Assembly (NCBI GenBank): GCA_963724375.1
Contig: CAVRUM010000001.1
Location: 1,251-65,250, forward strand
DNA length: 64,000 bases
From: an uncultured Acidobacteriaceae bacterium
GTDB lineage: Bacteria; Acidobacteriota; Terriglobia; Terriglobales; Acidobacteriaceae
Direction of reading: 5' to 3'
A program made the translations under genes and the position numbers. This document shows, piece by piece, positions 6,827 through 17,068 of the stretch. The notes under the pieces were generated by a model. It saw nothing but the letters and a program-made list of their open reading frames with translations. It was not told where the DNA came from and searched no databases. How positions within the stretch are numbered: position 1 is the stretch's first letter; each line of letters begins with the position of its first letter.

Positions 6827-8224
6827 ATGGCTAGCTACGATTTGCTCGTGATCGGATCGGGCCCTTCGGGTCAGCGCGCGGCGGTCTCCGCGGTGAAGAA
6901 GGGCAAGCGTGTGGCCCTGGTCGAGATGCGCGATGTGGTGGGCGGGGTGTGCATTAACACCGGAACCATTCCCAGCAAAACCATGCGTGAGGCGGTGCTG
7001 CACCTTTCCGGTTACAACTATCGCTCCATCTACGGCATGAATTACCGCGTGAAGGAGAAGATCACGATGTCCGATCTTGCCTTTCGCGTGCAGCATGTGA
7101 TCAAGACAGAGATCGATGTGACCGAGGCGCAGCTCTCGCGCAACGGCGTTGATGTGATGACCGGAGTCGGCAGCTTCGAAGACCCGAACCACGTTCGCGT
7201 GGTTGGCAGGCAGGGCTCGAGCGTCTATGAGGCCAACAATATTGTCGTAGCGGTAGGCACCAAGCCAGCCGAGACCAAAAAAGTACCGATTAATGGCCGC
7301 ACCATCATTAACAGCGACCAGATCCTCGAGCTGCAGAACCTGCCCAAGACGCTGATTGTCGTCGGCGGAGGCGTGATCGGCGTCGAATATACCTGCATGT
7401 TCTCCGCGCTCGGCGTGCGCGTCACGCTGATCGAGAAGCGGCCCAAGCTGCTGGAGTTCGCCGACCAGGAGATCGTCGAGGCGCTGAGCTACCATCTGCG
7501 CGACAGCCGGGTGACGATGCGCCTGAATGAAGAAGTGGAGAGCGTCGAGGAGCTGGCCGACGGCACGGTGGTTGCGAATCTTGAAAGTAAGAAAAAGCTC
7601 TCCGGCGATGCGCTGCTCTATGCGGTCGGGCGGCAGGGCAATATTGGCGACCTGAATCTTTCGGCGGCCGGCATCGAAGCCGATTCACGCGGGCGTATTC
7701 CTGTGGACAAGGATTTCCGCACCAAGGTGCCGCACATTTACGCCGTCGGCGACGTCATTGGCTTCCCAAGCCTGGCTTCGGTTTCGATGGAGCAGGGCCG
7801 AATTGCGGCCGAGCGGGCCTTCGGCGAGTCGACGGTGCAGTCCAATCCAAGCTTCTATCCCTACGGGATCTATACGATTCCAGAGATTTCGTTCATCGGG
7901 AAGACCGAGGAGCAGCTCACCGAGGAGGATGTGCCCTACGAGGTGGGTGTGGCGTACTATCGCGAGATTGCGCGCGGCCAGATTCGCGGGGATACGACAG
8001 GACGCCTGAAGCTGATTTTTCACCGCGAGACCAAGCAGATTCTCGGTGTACACATCATCGGCGAAGGGGCGGCAGAACTGGTGCATATCGGGCAGGCGGT
8101 TATGGTTCTGAACGGCACCGTTGAATATTTCATCGATACAGTGTTCAACTATCCGACGCTGGCCGAGTGCTACAAGGCAGCCGCTTTCAACGGCATCAAT
8201 CGCCTGGCCCGGTTCGAGAGCTGA
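6827..8224 (+). CDS. sthA: Soluble pyridine nucleotide transhydrogenase (Si-specific NAD(P)+ transhydrogenase)
   Basis: Near end-to-end similarity to the remembered E. coli SthA sequence: DLLVIGSGPSGQRAA, GGVCINTGTIPSK, AVGDVIGFPSLAS, GIYTIPEISFIGKTEEQL, LKLIFHRETKQILGVHIIGEGAAELVHIGQAVM, FNYPTLAECYKAAAFNG. Confidence 0.9.
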   Translation: MASYDLLVIGSGPSGQRAAVSAVKKGKRVALVEMRDVVGGVCINTGTIPSKTMREAVLHLSGYNYRSIYGMNYRVKEKITMSDLAFRVQHVIKTEIDVTEAQLSRNGVDVMTGVGSFEDPNHVRVVGRQGSSVYEANNIVVAVGTKPAETKKVPINGRTIINSDQILELQNLPKTLIVVGGGVIGVEYTCMFSALGVRVTLIEKRPKLLEFADQEIVEALSYHLRDSRVTMRLNEEVESVEELADGTVVANLESKKKLSGDALLYAVGRQGNIGDLNLSAAGIEADSRGRIPVDKDFRTKVPHIYAVGDVIGFPSLASVSMEQGRIAAERAFGESTVQSNPSFYPYGIYTIPEISFIGKTEEQLTEEDVPYEVGVAYYREIARGQIRGDTTGRLKLIFHRETKQILGVHIIGEGAAELVHIGQAVMVLNGTVEYFIDTVFNYPTLAECYKAAAFNGINRLARFES

Positions 8225-8250
8225 GATGCGGTGAGGACAGGAGCGGCATT

Positions 8251-9156
8251 ATGGCAAAGACCGTCGGCGTAGTCATGACGGAAAAAGTAGTTGCAGGCCT
8301 GATCGAAGACCACAAGATCACGGGCGAAATCATGCGTTATCCGGCCCACGAGCATGATCCGGAGGAAGAGTCAGGCCTGGTTGAAATGCCGGCTGACGGG
8401 CTGGCTGAACTGCTGTGCGAACAGATCGCGACTCTGGCGCCGGCGGGCAGCGGAGTCAACGCTGTGGGCATCGCTATCCCGGGCATCGTGCGCAACGGGG
8501 TTATCGAGGACTCGCCCAACCTGCAGCAGCTGAAGGGCGCCAATATCGCCGGCGCGATACGAAATGCGCTGGCGGCCCGCGGGCTCGACTTTACAGTCAA
8601 CGCTCTGAATGACGCCGACGCGGTCGCCGCGGGGGTCGCCGGAACCCGCGGCCAGCTCGACAAGCTGGTGCGCGTCTGGACGATCGGCAACGGGATCGGG
8701 TTCGGCCGTTTCCCCTACACCGATGGTCCGTGGGAGGGTGGACATACGACGATCACCCTCGATCCCAAGGAAAAATACTGCGCCTGCGGCGGCAGGGGGC
8801 ACCTGGAAGGCATCACCGGCCACCGCGCCATGCGCCTGCGTTTTCTGGATATGGAACCCGATGAAGTCTTCGCCGCCGCGCGCAAGGGCGACCGGCGCTG
8901 CGCGGACTTTGTCGACCTCTGGCACCAGGCGCTGGCTGCGGCGACGGCGACGCAGATCCATCTTGAGGGTCCGGGCAAGTTCTATTTCACCGGGCGCGAT
9001 ATCCAGCGACTCGACCTGCCACGGCTCAAGGAGTATCTCTACCAGATGGTCAAAATGAGCCCGCTGCAGAGCTACACGATAGAGGTGATTCCGGAGGACC
9101 CGACGGTTGCATTGATCGGAGCCGGTGCCGCAGCGGAACGGGCGAGCAGCTGCTAG
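8251..9156 (+). CDS. ROK family protein (sugar kinase-like)
   Basis: ATG at 8251 preceded by GAGGACAGGAG. Motifs VGIAIPGIVRNGVIEDSPNL and the ROK zinc motif CACGGRGHLEGITG. The ORF-track start at 8167 overlaps the sthA 3' end. Confidence 0.8.
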   Translation: MAKTVGVVMTEKVVAGLIEDHKITGEIMRYPAHEHDPEEESGLVEMPADGLAELLCEQIATLAPAGSGVNAVGIAIPGIVRNGVIEDSPNLQQLKGANIAGAIRNALAARGLDFTVNALNDADAVAAGVAGTRGQLDKLVRVWTIGNGIGFGRFPYTDGPWEGGHTTITLDPKEKYCACGGRGHLEGITGHRAMRLRFLDMEPDEVFAAARKGDRRCADFVDLWHQALAAATATQIHLEGPGKFYFTGRDIQRLDLPRLKEYLYQMVKMSPLQSYTIEVIPEDPTVALIGAGAAAERASSC

Positions 9157-9159
9157 CGG

Positions 9160-10368
9160 CTAAGGCTGCTTCCGGGCCTGCTCGATGTACTCCGGGGTAT
9201 AGCCTTCCCACTCCCAGGGAGTGACTGTATCGCCGAGGATTGTCTCGAAGAGGGACCGGAATGCCAGCTCGCCGTTATCACTGTTGGTGAGAACGATCAT
9301 GCAGGATTTCTGCCGCTCAAAGCAGATCATGTAATTCTGCGCGCCATCCCCGTGGCCTTCTTTGAAAAAGGCGGGCCCGAACTTCGTCTTCGTCAGCAGC
9401 CCCCATCCGATTCCGTAGGCAAGTCCCACGCTGTCGGCCTCTTTGGTGTCTGGGCCGGCATCGGTCTCGTCCGGCAGCCTGAACTCGTGGTGGGTGTGGA
9501 TGTAAAAGACCGGACTGAGCATCTCCGTTTGCGCCGGCTTCTGAATGATCCTGCCCGCGAGAAGGGCGGTGGTGAATTTTGCGAGGTCGTCGGCCGATGT
9601 GGTCATCGATCCGGCGGCGCGAGCGGGAAAGCGCCGCGTCTTCGAGCGAAAGTTTCCTTGCGTGTCGAAGCGGTCCGCGATATCGGCTTCGAAATCGCTC
9701 CGATAGATCAGGCCAGTGTGCGTCATGCCCAGAGGGCCGAAGATAGCCTCCTGCATGAGCTGATCGAGCGACTTGCCCTGCTTCTGTTCTATGACGAACT
9801 GCACTACGTTGATGCCCTCGCCCGAGTAGAGAAACTGCGTTCCCGGCTTGAAGTGCAGGTGCATCTTCTTGTCCGGTTCGATGAAGGCAAAGTTTGCCAG
9901 CCCGGAGGTATGTGAGAGCAGCATGCGCGGCGTAACCAGCTGCCATTGGGGATCGCGAGCGAGGTCAGAAGCCGAGTCGTGATAAGGCTCGTATTGATCG
10001 AGCGGTTTCGGGAGCTGGCGGGCGATTGGCTCGTCCAAGTTGAACTCGCCGCGCTGGACCAGCAGCATGACGTAGGTTGAGAAAACACTTTTGGTAATCG
10101 AGGCGGCCCAGATCGAGGTATCCGGGCCCATGGGCTGATCGGGGTTCTTGCGCCGCAGCCCATATCCCGCATTCCACACGAGCCGCCCGTTGTTGAGCAC
10201 GGCGATTTCAGCACCGGTGACGTGAGTGGCTTCGAACGTCTTCCGGGCAAAGGAATCGGCTTTCGACGTCGAAATTTTCGATCCGTCGAGGCGGCGGATG
10301 CTTGCAGCGGGAGTATTTTGAGCGCCGCAGATGGCGCAGAGAAACAGCAGGAGTACGAGTATCCTCAT
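9160..10368 (-). CDS. Serine hydrolase, beta-lactamase/PBP4* family (secreted)
   Basis: Internal ATG at 10368 gives the signal peptide MRILVLLLFLCAICGAQ. S-x-x-K motif in AASITKSVFS, and LLSHTSGL. The longer ORF-track version would overlap the upstream RDD gene. Confidence 0.8.
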   Translation of the reverse strand: MRILVLLLFLCAICGAQNTPAASIRRLDGSKISTSKADSFARKTFEATHVTGAEIAVLNNGRLVWNAGYGLRRKNPDQPMGPDTSIWAASITKSVFSTYVMLLVQRGEFNLDEPIARQLPKPLDQYEPYHDSASDLARDPQWQLVTPRMLLSHTSGLANFAFIEPDKKMHLHFKPGTQFLYSGEGINVVQFVIEQKQGKSLDQLMQEAIFGPLGMTHTGLIYRSDFEADIADRFDTQGNFRSKTRRFPARAAGSMTTSADDLAKFTTALLAGRIIQKPAQTEMLSPVFYIHTHHEFRLPDETDAGPDTKEADSVGLAYGIGWGLLTKTKFGPAFFKEGHGDGAQNYMICFERQKSCMIVLTNSDNGELAFRSLFETILGDTVTPWEWEGYTPEYIEQARKQP

Positions 10369-10408
10369 CACCTTCGCCGTTACGCGCGCGCGCAGGGCGC
10401 GCTGTTCC

Positions 10409-11776
10409 CTATCGGTAGCTCCGCTGATAGGTGCGGCTGATGCGGTCGTGCCAGCAGAGACTGTCCTCGTCGAAGAGCGCCCAAAGGAAGCCCAGCCCGA
10501 CCGGTATCGCGGAGAGAAAGAGAGCGGCGATGCGCATCTGCATGGCCCGGCGCGTGGGATTGTCGTCGTCAAAGGTGCACAGGGCGATCCTCGCGTAGCG
10601 CATGCCAGGCGTGCCATCGGCATAGGTGAAGAACATCCACTGATACAACGTGGAAAACGAGACGAGAGCGATCGCCGCGTACATGAGAGCCGGCTTTCCG
10701 GTGGGCGGATGCGAGGTACAGGCGACGAAGACGAGCACAAACAGCAGGAAGGCGATAAGCACCAGGGCCCCATCCACGATGCCTGCCATGAGGCGGTCTT
10801 CCACCGAGGCTATATGAAGAGTGGGGTCGAGCAGGCTCGAAGCCGGCTGTTCGGCATGGTTGTTCCGGTTGTCGCCGCGGGGTTCAGGGGCGTGGCGCGA
10901 GCCGCCGTTAGTGTCGGGCTCGTCCGCGCCGCGTGACTGGAGGCCCCGGGGGGTGGACTTGCGTTGCGAGGACGGCTCGGCATCGAGACGGATCGAATGC
11001 CACTCGGGCAAGACGGGCGCTTCGGCGGCGGCGCTGGTGGGGGCTTCATGCGAAATCGCATCCGGCTCAACCTCGAAGATGCGAAGCTGCGACCGCTCCG
11101 GATCGGATGGCGTCTCGCGCAATGGACCCTCAGCCTGGCGAGGACGCGCCTTGCGGGGGGCCACGAGTTCGCGAGGAAATTCGAGTATCCGGACGGGGAG
11201 GGGCTGGGCCGGGGCCACGACGGCTTCCTCAAAGGGGTCGATGATCTGGTCTGTGGGAGTCCGGGTCTCGATCGACTGTGCCGGCCGCTGCGAAGACTGG
11301 GGCAGGAAATCCCGGCGCGGCTCGGGCAGGCTGCCCGGGTCGATCCGGTATTCGATGCGCTTTGGAGCCGGTTCGGGAACGGGCGTGAAGGCGTGCGGGA
11401 CTTCGGGGACTTCTGCTTCGGGCGTTTCGTCGAGGTCGGCCCAGAGGACTTCGTTCACCGCCTGCACCGCTTCATGCGCCTTTTGCGCGGCCCTGGCGGC
11501 GGCTTCGGCTGCGCGCGCGGCGTTGGCCGCCTCGGCGGCGATCACTTCCCTGTAGGAGGGGGCCTTCGAATAGCGCTCCGCGACGCGGGCGGCGACGGTC
11601 GCTCCCCGCGAGATCCGCGACGACGACTCTTCCATGCCGGGTAGCACCGACTGCGCCTCCGGGTTCCGGGTACGGCGGCTGCGATGCGCCACCAAGCGCG
11701 CGTTTACTTCCTGCTTCCAGGCAGGTAGCGCGGACGGACCGTCTTCGAAGACGGCGCTCTGCGGCGAAGTGCTCAA
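10409..11776 (-). CDS. RDD family membrane protein with a long Ala/Glu/Pro-rich N-terminal region
   Basis: C-terminal RDD domain (RLMAGIVDGALVLIAFLLF ... GTPGMRYARIAL ... WHDRISRTY). Proposed TTG start at 11776 is preceded by GAGGAG. The ATG at 11920 is an alternative but adds a Cys/Trp/Arg-rich, non-native-looking leader. Confidence 0.7.
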   Translation of the reverse strand: MSTSPQSAVFEDGPSALPAWKQEVNARLVAHRSRRTRNPEAQSVLPGMEESSSRISRGATVAARVAERYSKAPSYREVIAAEAANAARAAEAAARAAQKAHEAVQAVNEVLWADLDETPEAEVPEVPHAFTPVPEPAPKRIEYRIDPGSLPEPRRDFLPQSSQRPAQSIETRTPTDQIIDPFEEAVVAPAQPLPVRILEFPRELVAPRKARPRQAEGPLRETPSDPERSQLRIFEVEPDAISHEAPTSAAAEAPVLPEWHSIRLDAEPSSQRKSTPRGLQSRGADEPDTNGGSRHAPEPRGDNRNNHAEQPASSLLDPTLHIASVEDRLMAGIVDGALVLIAFLLFVLVFVACTSHPPTGKPALMYAAIALVSFSTLYQWMFFTYADGTPGMRYARIALCTFDDDNPTRRAMQMRIAALFLSAIPVGLGFLWALFDEDSLCWHDRISRTYQRSYR

Positions 11777-12070
11777 AGCTGCTCCTCTTTTCCTGTGAGA
11801 TGCGAGCGGCCTGCGAGACAGAACCCGCCGGAGCCGCGTCTGTTGCTGTGTTGCTTCCCAATGCCGGAAAGGACAGGAGGCGAAAAATTCACAATAGAGC
11901 TCGCGTACTGCTCCTGCCATCCTCGGACTACGATGGGGCCGGGCACATTTGGTGCGATCATCGGGATCACTCCAATGGTGGCAGGAGACGGGTTTTCAAC
12001 CAGAGCAGCGTGCTTCGATCGCCTGAGAACCAAGCCCAACAGCTTTGCTATGCTTAGGTTGCCCTTTGCG

Positions 12071-14686
12071 ATGAGAGCCCGCACTTTTTTGTTTACCACG
12101 CTGCTACTGCTCTGTCATCAGCAGGTTTGGCCGCAACAGTTGACGAAGCAGTTTCCTCCGGCGGGCGAACAAGTTCAGGCGGCTGCGAAACCTCCGGACG
12201 GATTGGGGAGCAGTCCGGAGCAGGCCGAGGGCTATCCCGACGATCCGAGTCTGCAGAGTACGATTCCCGAGGCGCACGTTGTGCCTGCTCCGCCGGTGGG
12301 GGTGCCGGTGCGGATCGAGGCAAAGGCGCAGACGTATGTGCGGACCGAGGGCGGTGGACTCTATACCCTGACGGGCAACGTGGTCATTTTTTACAGGGAC
12401 TACGTAATCCGCGCGGACCACGCCACCTATAACCAGGCGACGGGAGACATCACCGCCGAGGGGAACCTCCAGGTGGACGGCGGACCCGACAATGCACACC
12501 TCAATGCCACGCACGGAACGATGAACGTCGATGCGCACACGGCGCATCTGTACGACGTAAACGGCACGATGGGCCAAGGCCGGGCGTCAGGGGTACGGAC
12601 GGTCACGACGGTGATTCCGGGCGTCGGAACGCAGCAGCAGAACAAGCCGGTGCTGTCCTCGGAGAGCCCCTTTGCACTATCGGGAAAAGAGCTGATCCAG
12701 ACGGGACCGGGACGATACCACGTGATCGACGGCACGATGACCTCCTGCCGGCTGCCTACTCCCGACTGGCAGTTCGTCGCCAATAATTTCTTCCTGGAAA
12801 ACGGCGTGGCGCGCGCCAAGAACAGCTGGTTCGAACTGCGGGCATTACCCGTCGTGCATCGATTGCCGGTGTTTTACATGCCTTACGTGACGCACCCGGT
12901 CAACGCCGAGGGACGCGAGACGGGCTTCACGATCCCGATGTTCGGCAGGGACACGCAGAAGGGCTGGATCTTCGGCGAGGATGTCTACTTCACGCTGGGG
13001 CGAAGCGCCGACCTCCTGATTGGCTCGCAATATTACTCGAAGCGCGGCTTCGCGCCGAACGGGCAATTCCGCTACAAGGGACGCAACTACGACTTCGCCA
13101 CGTTTCGTTTCAGCAGCCTGCTGGACCGGCTGCCGGGGGCAGAGAACCAGGGCGGCGTGGACATGCTGTTCGATGGACGCCACGACTTCGATTCGGAGAC
13201 GCGCGCGGTTGCCGATATCGAATACCTGAGCTCCTACACCTACCGCCAGGAGTTTGAGGACAACTACGTAACGGCCATCAATTCTGAAGTGAAGTCGCAG
13301 GCGTTTCTGACCCACTCGCATAATGCCTACTCGGAGAGCATAAGCTTCAACCGCTACCAGAGCTTCCAGAGCAGCGCCAGTTCCGCCGCGGGAGAGACGG
13401 AGATCAGGATCCTGCATCTTCCCGTCCTGCAGTTCGACGCAGTCGATAACTATCTCCCCGGAACCCCACTGATGTGGGGCATGGATGCGAGCGCTACGTC
13501 GCTGTCACGGTCTGAACCAGGGTTCCAGACCTCCAAGGTCGTGCCGCGCTTCGATTTTTATCCGCATTTGGTTTTGCCGGTGCACTTCTACGGATGGAAC
13601 CTTCGTCCCCTCCTCGCGGTCCGGGACACTTTCTATACGAAGAGCCAGAATCCCGCGCCCCTGGGCGAACTGCCCACGGAGCGCGATGCAACAGTCAACC
13701 GCAAGGACTTCGAGGCCAGCGTAGATCTGCGGCCTCCGGCGGTGATGCGCGACTTTACCGCGCCCTGGATCGAGCACCTGTTTGGCGGCGACGTACGCCA
13801 CGCTATCGAGCCGCAGATCCAGTACAGATACGTTGCGGGGATCAACAACTTCGATTCGATTCTGAAGTTCGATCCGATCGACGTGGCCAGCAACACGAAC
13901 GAGCTTGACTACTTCCTCATGCAGCGGTTTTTCATTCGCCACCTGCAGCCGCATCCATGCAAGGGCGACGACGCCCTGGGGCCGGATGACACCTGCGGCG
14001 GGGAGACTTCGGACTGGATCAGCTGGCAGGTGGGGCAGAAATACTTCTTCAACGCCGACTTCGGCCATGCCGTCACCCCGGGGACGCGCAATGTTCTGGA
14101 TACGACCCTTAACCTGAGCGGCGTGGCCTTTCTGCAATACCCACGGCACTACTCGCCGGTGATATCGCGCCTGCGCTGGCAGACGACATCTTCGACCAGT
14201 CTCGAGTGGGACGTGGATTACGATCCGAAGTCGGGCAAGCTCGACTCGAGCAACGTTTATGCCGATTACAAGCACGGCGACTTCACTTTTTCTCTCAGCG
14301 AAGCCCATCTCTATACGCTGCCGGGGGCCTCGCCGCCCGGCACGACAGGGACATCGACAGCGCCGATCGTCACCACCAGCCCGAGTTCGACCTCTGTAGG
14401 TCCCACGGAAACGACTTTCAACCAGCTGCGGTTCAGCGCAATTTACGGGAGCCCGATCAAGCGCGGCCTGAGCGCCGGAATGAACATGGGCTACGACTTT
14501 ACCTTCGACTCGCTGCAATACATCGGCGTACAGACGACCTATAACTGGAACTGCTGCGGGCTCAGCTTTGAGGTGCGGCGCTACTCGCTCGGCACCGTGC
14601 CCGAACACACGACCTTCCTCTACAGCTTTACCCTGGCGAATATCGGATCGGCGGGCAGCCTGGGATGGGCACAGCGCGTCTTCTAG
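12071..14686 (+). CDS. lptD: LPS-assembly outer membrane protein LptD
   Basis: Signal peptide MRARTFLFTTLLLLCHQQVWPQ. OstA-like N-terminal domain (VIFYRDYVIRADHATYNQATGDITAEGNLQVDG). Large C-terminal barrel. Adjacent Cys pair near the C-terminus (NWNCCGLSF), as in E. coli LptD. Start is 12050 or 12071. Confidence 0.85.
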   Translation: MRARTFLFTTLLLLCHQQVWPQQLTKQFPPAGEQVQAAAKPPDGLGSSPEQAEGYPDDPSLQSTIPEAHVVPAPPVGVPVRIEAKAQTYVRTEGGGLYTLTGNVVIFYRDYVIRADHATYNQATGDITAEGNLQVDGGPDNAHLNATHGTMNVDAHTAHLYDVNGTMGQGRASGVRTVTTVIPGVGTQQQNKPVLSSESPFALSGKELIQTGPGRYHVIDGTMTSCRLPTPDWQFVANNFFLENGVARAKNSWFELRALPVVHRLPVFYMPYVTHPVNAEGRETGFTIPMFGRDTQKGWIFGEDVYFTLGRSADLLIGSQYYSKRGFAPNGQFRYKGRNYDFATFRFSSLLDRLPGAENQGGVDMLFDGRHDFDSETRAVADIEYLSSYTYRQEFEDNYVTAINSEVKSQAFLTHSHNAYSESISFNRYQSFQSSASSAAGETEIRILHLPVLQFDAVDNYLPGTPLMWGMDASATSLSRSEPGFQTSKVVPRFDFYPHLVLPVHFYGWNLRPLLAVRDTFYTKSQNPAPLGELPTERDATVNRKDFEASVDLRPPAVMRDFTAPWIEHLFGGDVRHAIEPQIQYRYVAGINNFDSILKFDPIDVASNTNELDYFLMQRFFIRHLQPHPCKGDDALGPDDTCGGETSDWISWQVGQKYFFNADFGHAVTPGTRNVLDTTLNLSGVAFLQYPRHYSPVISRLRWQTTSSTSLEWDVDYDPKSGKLDSSNVYADYKHGDFTFSLSEAHLYTLPGASPPGTTGTSTAPIVTTSPSSTSVGPTETTFNQLRFSAIYGSPIKRGLSAGMNMGYDFTFDSLQYIGVQTTYNWNCCGLSFEVRRYSLGTVPEHTTFLYSFTLANIGSAGSLGWAQRVF

Positions 14687-14745
14687 GTTCCACGGGATGG
14701 AAACAAATCGCCCGGCAAAATGCGATAATCGAAGCATCCGCCGAG

Positions 14746-15765
14746 GTGGTTTGCTTGCAACGAATTCGACTCACCCTTGTATGCCTGCTGGCTCTTGCGG
14801 CCGCGGGCTGCAAGGCCCAGACGGGGCCGCAGAATGGTCTCGACCAGAAAACAACTCGCAAGATCGAGGTGCTGGTCCGGGCCAAGCTCAATGTGCCCTC
14901 TGAGTACCAGATCTCCGTCGGTCCGCGCACGCCGAGCAATATGGCCGGTTACGACACCGTGCAGGTTACATTTTCACTGCCTGATCACCCGGACCACAGC
15001 CAGACGATCGCGTTTCTTATTTCGACGGATGGCGACACCCTGGCTCGGCTCTCGAAGTGGGACATCAGCAAGGACCCGGCGGATATGATTCCGTCGTCGG
15101 ACCGGCCGGTTCGCGGCAACCCGAATGCCAAAGTGGTGATCGTCAACTATGACGATCTCGAGTGCCCCTATTGCGCGAAGATGCACTCCGAGCTGTTCCC
15201 CGAGACGCTGAATCATTACAACGGGCTGGTGAAGATCGTTTACCGCGACCTGCCGCTGGAGGAGATTCATCCCTGGGCCATGCACGCCGCCGTGGACGCT
15301 AACTGCATTGCGGAGCAGAGCACGCTGGCATATTGGGGCTACGTCGACTACCTGCACACACACGGGCAGGATGTAACCGGACCTGACCGGGATCTGAAGA
15401 AGTCGAACGAGACGCTCGACAAACTTGCGCGAGCGCAGGGAGAAGTGAGCAAGCTCAATGCAGCCACGCTCGACGCATGCATCACCAAGCAGGACGACTC
15501 CAAGGTGCGCGCGGAGATGAAGCAGGCCGACAGCCTGGGAATCCAGCAGACTCCGACGGTCTACGTGAATGGTGAGATGCTTGCCGGGGCAATGCCCACA
15601 AAAGCCCTGTGGGCGATCATAGACCGGGCCCTGATGTCGGAGGGTGTGACTCCTCCTCCGGACGAGTTCAACCAGCCGGCCAAGCCGGCGCAGCCCGCAG
15701 CCCAGCCCTCGGGATCGCAGCCCGACCAAAAGGCACCGGCCGCCAAGCCCGCGGGCGACAAATAG
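14746..15765 (+). CDS. DsbA-family thiol:disulfide oxidoreductase lipoprotein (thioredoxin fold)
   Basis: Lipobox LLALAAAGC. CPYC active site in VVIVNYDDLECPYCAKMH. Motif GIQQTPTVYVNG. Pro/Ala/Gln-rich tail. GTG 14746 or TTG 14755 is a more plausible start than the ORF-track 14665, which overlaps the lptD 3' end. Confidence 0.8.
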   Translation: MVCLQRIRLTLVCLLALAAAGCKAQTGPQNGLDQKTTRKIEVLVRAKLNVPSEYQISVGPRTPSNMAGYDTVQVTFSLPDHPDHSQTIAFLISTDGDTLARLSKWDISKDPADMIPSSDRPVRGNPNAKVVIVNYDDLECPYCAKMHSELFPETLNHYNGLVKIVYRDLPLEEIHPWAMHAAVDANCIAEQSTLAYWGYVDYLHTHGQDVTGPDRDLKKSNETLDKLARAQGEVSKLNAATLDACITKQDDSKVRAEMKQADSLGIQQTPTVYVNGEMLAGAMPTKALWAIIDRALMSEGVTPPPDEFNQPAKPAQPAAQPSGSQPDQKAPAAKPAGDK

Positions 15766-15945
15766 CCGCTAGAGTGAATCCTGGCTTCGCTTTGCAGTTA
15801 CCGTCCGGCGAATTATGCTGGAATAGACGTTCTGCGCCATTTGCAGACTGGTCGAGCGCGGCTTCGCGGGCGGCGCTCAAGGAGAAGACTGTTGCCATCC
15901 CGATTGCACGCTGGTTTTGCCTTTCCCTCTAAATCTGCATTTGAA

Positions 15946-17007
15946 ATGGATATCCGCAAGGTCTCCCTCGTTTTAATCCTCGCTGTGGTGTGCCTCGGCG
16001 GCACCGTGGGCTGCCAGCGGGGACACAATCCAGATGCTGTGGCGACCGTGAATGGCAAGCCGATTCTGCGCTCGGATATGGAGGCGCGCTACCAGGACAC
16101 GCTCGGCGAATCGCATCAGCAGCCTTCAAAGGAACAGGCCGACATTGTGCGGCTGAATATCGTCCGCGACCTGATCGACCAGGAGATCCTGATGCAGCGC
16201 GCGGCCAAGCTCAACCTCTCGGCCAGCGATGAAGAGGTGGAAAGCCGCATCAACGAAATCAAGGCGCCGTACACGCAGGAAGAGTTCAACAAGCTTCTGG
16301 CCGACAAGCACATGACGCTGGACGACATGAAGCGCCAAATCCGTATCGCCAAGACCGAGGAGAAGCTGTTCAACAAGGAGATCAACTCCAAGATCAACAT
16401 CACCGACTCTGATATCTCCGGCTACTACAACGCTCACAAGTCGGAGTTTAACCTCGTCGAGCCGCAGTACCACCTCGCGCAGATCGTCGTCACATCGATT
16501 CCCGCGCCGGCGCAGCAGGTCGGTAACCTGCAGAACAGCAAGGCGACAAGCGATGCGGACGCCAAGAAGAAGATCGAGGCTCTGCACAATCGGATCATCA
16601 GCGGCGAGGACTTCGGCATGCTGGCGGCAAACTTCTCCGAGCGACCCGACAATGCGCAGAGCGGCGGAGACATGGGCTTTATCTCCGAATCGCAGCTACG
16701 CGCCGAGCCCGAGGTTTATGCGGCAATCCAAAAGCTTCAGCCTGGCCAGGTGACCGAGGTTCTGCCGCTTTATGAAAACACTCCGGCCGGCAAAAAGGCC
16801 GTGGGCTACGCGATTTACCGGCTGCTCGACAAGGAAGCCGCGGGCCAGCGGGAGCTGAACGATCCACGTGTGCAACAAAAGATCCGTGAGCAGCTGCGCA
16901 ATGTGCGGTCCCAACTGTTGCAGAATGCCTACATCGAAATGCTGCGCGACCAGTCTCGAGTGGAGAACTACTTCGCGGAACAGATCTTCAAGACCGGCGC
17001 CAATTAG
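15946..17007 (+). CDS. SurA-like periplasmic chaperone / PpiC-type peptidyl-prolyl isomerase (lipoprotein)
   Basis: ATG 15946 gives MDIRKVSLVLILAVVCLGGTVGC. SurA N-domain-like region VATVNGKPILRSDME. Parvulin motif GGDMGFISESQL. Confidence 0.8.
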   Translation: MDIRKVSLVLILAVVCLGGTVGCQRGHNPDAVATVNGKPILRSDMEARYQDTLGESHQQPSKEQADIVRLNIVRDLIDQEILMQRAAKLNLSASDEEVESRINEIKAPYTQEEFNKLLADKHMTLDDMKRQIRIAKTEEKLFNKEINSKINITDSDISGYYNAHKSEFNLVEPQYHLAQIVVTSIPAPAQQVGNLQNSKATSDADAKKKIEALHNRIISGEDFGMLAANFSERPDNAQSGGDMGFISESQLRAEPEVYAAIQKLQPGQVTEVLPLYENTPAGKKAVGYAIYRLLDKEAAGQRELNDPRVQQKIREQLRNVRSQLLQNAYIEMLRDQSRVENYFAEQIFKTGAN

Positions 17008-17068
17008 GGACGAGATGTTGTTGGCGCTTTGCTCTTATCTGTAACGTCTGTGTGTCACAATTCACGTC

